From: a virus
IMG/VR virus record: IMGVR_UViG_3300018080_000105
Location: 64,001 to 128,000 of that record
Direction: 5' to 3' (one strand)
DNA length: 64,000 bases
Positions within the stretch are counted from its first letter, which is position 1, and each line of letters opens with the position of its first letter. Below the pieces are notes generated by a model. That model was not told where the DNA came from. It worked only from the letters and a program-made list of their open reading frames with translations, and ran no database searches. Of the stretch, positions 61,102-64,000 are shown one piece after another. Position numbers and translations under genes: made by a program.

Positions 61102-63161
61102 CAGGTCATATCCATCAATCGACGCACGGCACCGGGCTTCGGCCGCCGCAAAATAGATCGATCAAGAGCAGAGGCCACTTTGCCAAACTGCTGCTGCATT
61201 ACCATTTCCCCGCCTTCCATACGAGCTTGTCGCCGCATGTCGTCCATGATGGATTTCACCATCGCATGTACTGTGGGGTTCTCCTTTTTCAAGCGCTGAA
61301 GAGCACTGTCTTTCTGCGACTCAGGCATCGCCATGAACTGAGAAGCCAGCGTCTGTGCCACAGACTGGATCTCTTCAACCGTCGTGGGCGTATTCGGCAT
61401 AATCGGCTGGTTAGCCGCAAAGGACTGAGCAGCACCCATCGCCCCCATAGGCTGTCCCATCGGCCCAAGCGGTGGCGTGGCAGGCATCCCGCCGCCCGGC
61501 ATAGCGCCGGGCATCCCCTGCATCTGCGGCATAGCGGCAGCTCCTCCGCCACCGGCCGCTGCCGGGTCCATCGGCATCGCCCCGCCAGGAGGCATACCCC
61601 CAGGCATTTGCGGCATGGCCATTTCGTCCATCATGGCCGACTGTTCCATCTCGTTCTGCATGTCCTGCGTCGCCTCGGCCACCACGCGCTCTTCCTCCAG
61701 CTTCCGCCGCTCTTCCTCGGCAAAATCCAGGCCAACGCTGTGCAAGCCTGTGGTACGACTGATCTCGCCGCCACGCATAAGCTGCAATTTGGCCATCTGG
61801 CGGTTGAGGTCGTCGGCATGAGTGACGCGAGACAGGCGGCAGACAACAGGCTCCCACGCCATCAGCTGGGCCACCTTCTCTACGAGCTTGCCCAGGAAAC
61901 GATTGAGGTTGTGAACCAAGTGTGCCCAGTTCGCCTCAAACAGACGGAGAGCAGCCGGAGCCGCTTGAACGCTGAGAGAGCCCTTGTACATGTCCACCGG
62001 CACTCCGATGGCGTCCAGCAAGGACTCACCAGCCTGATTCAACAACTCAGTAGGGGCCAACTGATTGGCATCACCACCCAGTGCCTGGTATTCCATTGGG
62101 AACGGTAGCACATTCCAGCGAGCAGGGTCTCGGCGTCGCTGGCGGAGCATTTGCTCCACTCGCTGCACGAACCCGCCCAGATTGATGCTCATAACCGGGT
62201 CATTGATCTGGCCGCCAGCAGCAGAACCTGACGCCTTCGGCTGTGGTGTCAGCACCCGGAACGGCACAATGTAGTCCAGCACGATTGCCTCGTTGTAGCG
62301 GTGCAGGACTTGATAGTACCACGCTTGGCGAAAGTTGGTGAGCACGCGGCTCAGGCCCCAGCCCCGGTTACGGCGACCGGCGAGCGCTTCCTCCTTCATG
62401 TGGTAAATAACATCCGGATCGAACATCAAATCCTGGTTGTTTTTCACCGCATCTACAACTTCCCAGCTGGCGCGCTCCATGTGGAACAGGTGCCCCTTGC
62501 GAATCTTCTCACGGTACTCGTTAGGAATCTTCCAGATGAAAGCATTGTCGTTGCTGTACTGGTCATGCAGGATCTCAATCTCATGCGGATCCCAACGCTT
62601 GACCTTCAGCTGATCTGCTTCACCCGAACGTCGGTCGATGTGCTTCCACGCACCACGATACTTACACTTCGGACACGAGGCATTGAACTTAAAGTCTGAC
62701 CATGAGTACGCAAAGGCTCCGGTGTTCTGCACTTTCTTCAATGGAGCTTCAAAGCCACAGTCAGGGCAAGACAAAGCACGGCGGAACGGCACGAGGAGAC
62801 TGGTGAACGAATTACCGTACACCAGATAATCGAGAGCCACATCCTGCAGCACCTGCCGAATGCCCAGCGTCTCGTTCAGGAAGTCGAGGTACTTCTGCTT
62901 TTCCTCTCGACCAACCCGATCATCCCCATCACCTCCGCCAGGCGCGGCAATCTCCACATCAGTGATGAAGTAAGAGATGATGCGCCGAATCGCCTCTCGA
63001 TACGGACCGTTGGCGTCAACGATGTACTCACACCACCACAACGCTTCCTGCATTGTGGTTGGCATGGCCGTTGAAGCCATATCACAAAACGGATCAGGCC
63101 AACGATCATCCGCTAAGGCAGACGTATTGGCGTTCCAGCGACTCTTGGTCAAGACGCTCAT
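61101..63161 (-). CDS. Phage portal protein
   Basis: Size; DYLVYGNSF, RWDPHEIEI, IYHMKE...GWG, NEAIVLDYIVP pattern of large-phage portals; Q/P/M/G-rich C-terminal tail. Confidence 0.65.
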   Translation of the reverse strand: MSVLTKSRWNANTSALADDRWPDPFCDMASTAMPTTMQEALWWCEYIVDANGPYREAIRRIISYFITDVEIAAPGGGDGDDRVGREEKQKYLDFLNETLGIRQVLQDVALDYLVYGNSFTSLLVPFRRALSCPDCGFEAPLKKVQNTGAFAYSWSDFKFNASCPKCKYRGAWKHIDRRSGEADQLKVKRWDPHEIEILHDQYSNDNAFIWKIPNEYREKIRKGHLFHMERASWEVVDAVKNNQDLMFDPDVIYHMKEEALAGRRNRGWGLSRVLTNFRQAWYYQVLHRYNEAIVLDYIVPFRVLTPQPKASGSAAGGQINDPVMSINLGGFVQRVEQMLRQRRRDPARWNVLPFPMEYQALGGDANQLAPTELLNQAGESLLDAIGVPVDMYKGSLSVQAAPAALRLFEANWAHLVHNLNRFLGKLVEKVAQLMAWEPVVCRLSRVTHADDLNRQMAKLQLMRGGEISRTTGLHSVGLDFAEEERRKLEEERVVAEATQDMQNEMEQSAMMDEMAMPQMPGGMPPGGAMPMDPAAAGGGGAAAMPQMQGMPGAMPGGGMPATPPLGPMGQPMGAMGAAQSFAANQPIMPNTPTTVEEIQSVAQTLASQFMAMPESQKDSALQRLKKENPTVHAMVKSIMDDMRRQARMEGGEMVMQQQFGKVASALDRSILRRPKPGAVRRLMDMT

Positions 63162-63197
63162 GCGAGCACTCCCGTTTCATCCGTGAGGGAACCGTGA

Positions 63198-63440
63198 CTA
63201 CTCTGCGTCTTCCTTTGACAGCTTTTCAGCCGCCAGGTCGCTGGCTCGTCGTGTGATGTCGTCGTCGAGAGCTTGCTCTTGGGACTGTTTGTCCCCGGCA
63301 CGCTTTTCGCTTTTCAAACGACCTTCCGTATCGTGTGTGTCTCGTACTGAGACGACGCCTCGTTTTTCCATGACAGTCTCCGTTACTGAGGCTGAGCGTT
63401 TCCATCCAGTTCGGCGGTATTTTCTACCATCAGCAGACAA
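63198..63440 (-). CDS. Hypothetical protein
   Basis: Operon order. Confidence 0.45.
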   Translation of the reverse strand: MSADGRKYRRTGWKRSASVTETVMEKRGVVSVRDTHDTEGRLKSEKRAGDKQSQEQALDDDITRRASDLAAEKLSKEDAE

Positions 63441-63970
63441 TACTCCAGATCATTGTGGATGTACTGGACGCCTGTTGTGTGAACCTGGTGGACTTGCGTA
63501 GTCCCATGAATGTGAATTGCCATGGCCGGCGTGACCGTCCCCGGCGGTGGTGGCTCCGGAAAATACTTGATACTGCCCACATGCCGGGTGTCGTAAACCA
63601 GTACGACGAAACCACTCCGGACAATCACGTCGTGATATGGGGCATCCATCCGGCCAAAGTGCTCCCGCTCAATCGTCACGAGCTGGAGGGGCGGGCCAGG
63701 GTCTCCCTGGACCTTGCTGACGTTAGGAACGCCTGTGTCTGATTTAGCCGGCGGAGTCTGTCGGGACGCAGCACTAAACGCGCCCAACGGACTGATCGAT
63801 TGGAAGCCACCGCCAATGTTCGGCGCCGCTGCTGGAACATGGGGAGCCTGGGCAGGCGCAACTGTCGGAGCTGCGGTCTGTTGGACCACAGGAGCCGGCG
63901 GCGCGTCGGGGGCAGGTTCAGTTTGAGGAGCTGTTGGTTCTTCTGTCTGCATCTGCGAAAACCTCTCCAT
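63383..63970 (-). CDS. Hypothetical protein (P/A-rich N-terminus, beta-rich C-terminus)
   Basis: ORF upstream of the portal. Confidence 0.6.
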   Translation of the reverse strand: MERFSQMQTEEPTAPQTEPAPDAPPAPVVQQTAAPTVAPAQAPHVPAAAPNIGGGFQSISPLGAFSAASRQTPPAKSDTGVPNVSKVQGDPGPPLQLVTIEREHFGRMDAPYHDVIVRSGFVVLVYDTRHVGSIKYFPEPPPPGTVTPAMAIHIHGTTQVHQVHTTGVQYIHNDLEYCLLMVENTAELDGNAQPQ

Positions 63971-64000
63971 AACGCGAGCGGCAAGTTCCCGCTGCTGATT

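Noticed and set aside
61400-61640. Repetitive GGC/ATG/CCG-rich DNA in the portal tail
   Set aside because: Codon-level low complexity (M/P/G/Q/A); no independent DNA periodicity.
1-64000. tRNA/rRNA genes, integrase, transposase, terminase, major capsid
   Set aside because: No recognisable motifs found by eye; short tRNAs or divergent genes could have been missed without tRNAscan/HMM searches.

Overview
Fragment of a large (jumbo-type) bacteriophage genome, not a bacterial chromosome. Genes are densely packed, almost all on the - strand, with translational coupling. It carries a probable portal protein, a tubulin/FtsZ-family GTPase, tail-fibre/tailspike-like genes and nucleotide-metabolism genes (tmk, dCMP deaminase). 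An 11-kb auxiliary cluster encodes glycosyltransferases, three sulfotransferases, two Fe/2OG enzymes, methyltransferases, an acyl-adenylating enzyme and a thioester reductase. About 45 small hypothetical ORFs fill the middle. The standout is at 51.66-52.96 kb: a stand-alone Cas7/RAMP-like gene lying directly downstream of a non-CRISPR array. The array has six full tracts plus one short tract built from GG(C/A/T)-NN pentamers (81 pentamers in the six full tracts), separated by a conserved 26-27 nt linker. This matches what I recall of the recently reported VIPR-type RNA-guided systems (recalled, not verified here). Also notable: (1) a 13-mer, GGTAAATAAGAAC, present 7 times (6 exact) with a T4-late-like TAAATA core, which read with every third base skipped spells the GT-AA-AA(-AA) dinucleotides of guides 4-6; (2) a tandem pair of covarying structured RNAs with a box C/D-like loop at 38.3-38.6 kb; (3) an RMF-like protein; (4) two PhyH-family enzymes with a halogenase-like H-x-G motif. 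All protein calls come from motif recognition by eye; no database searches were run.
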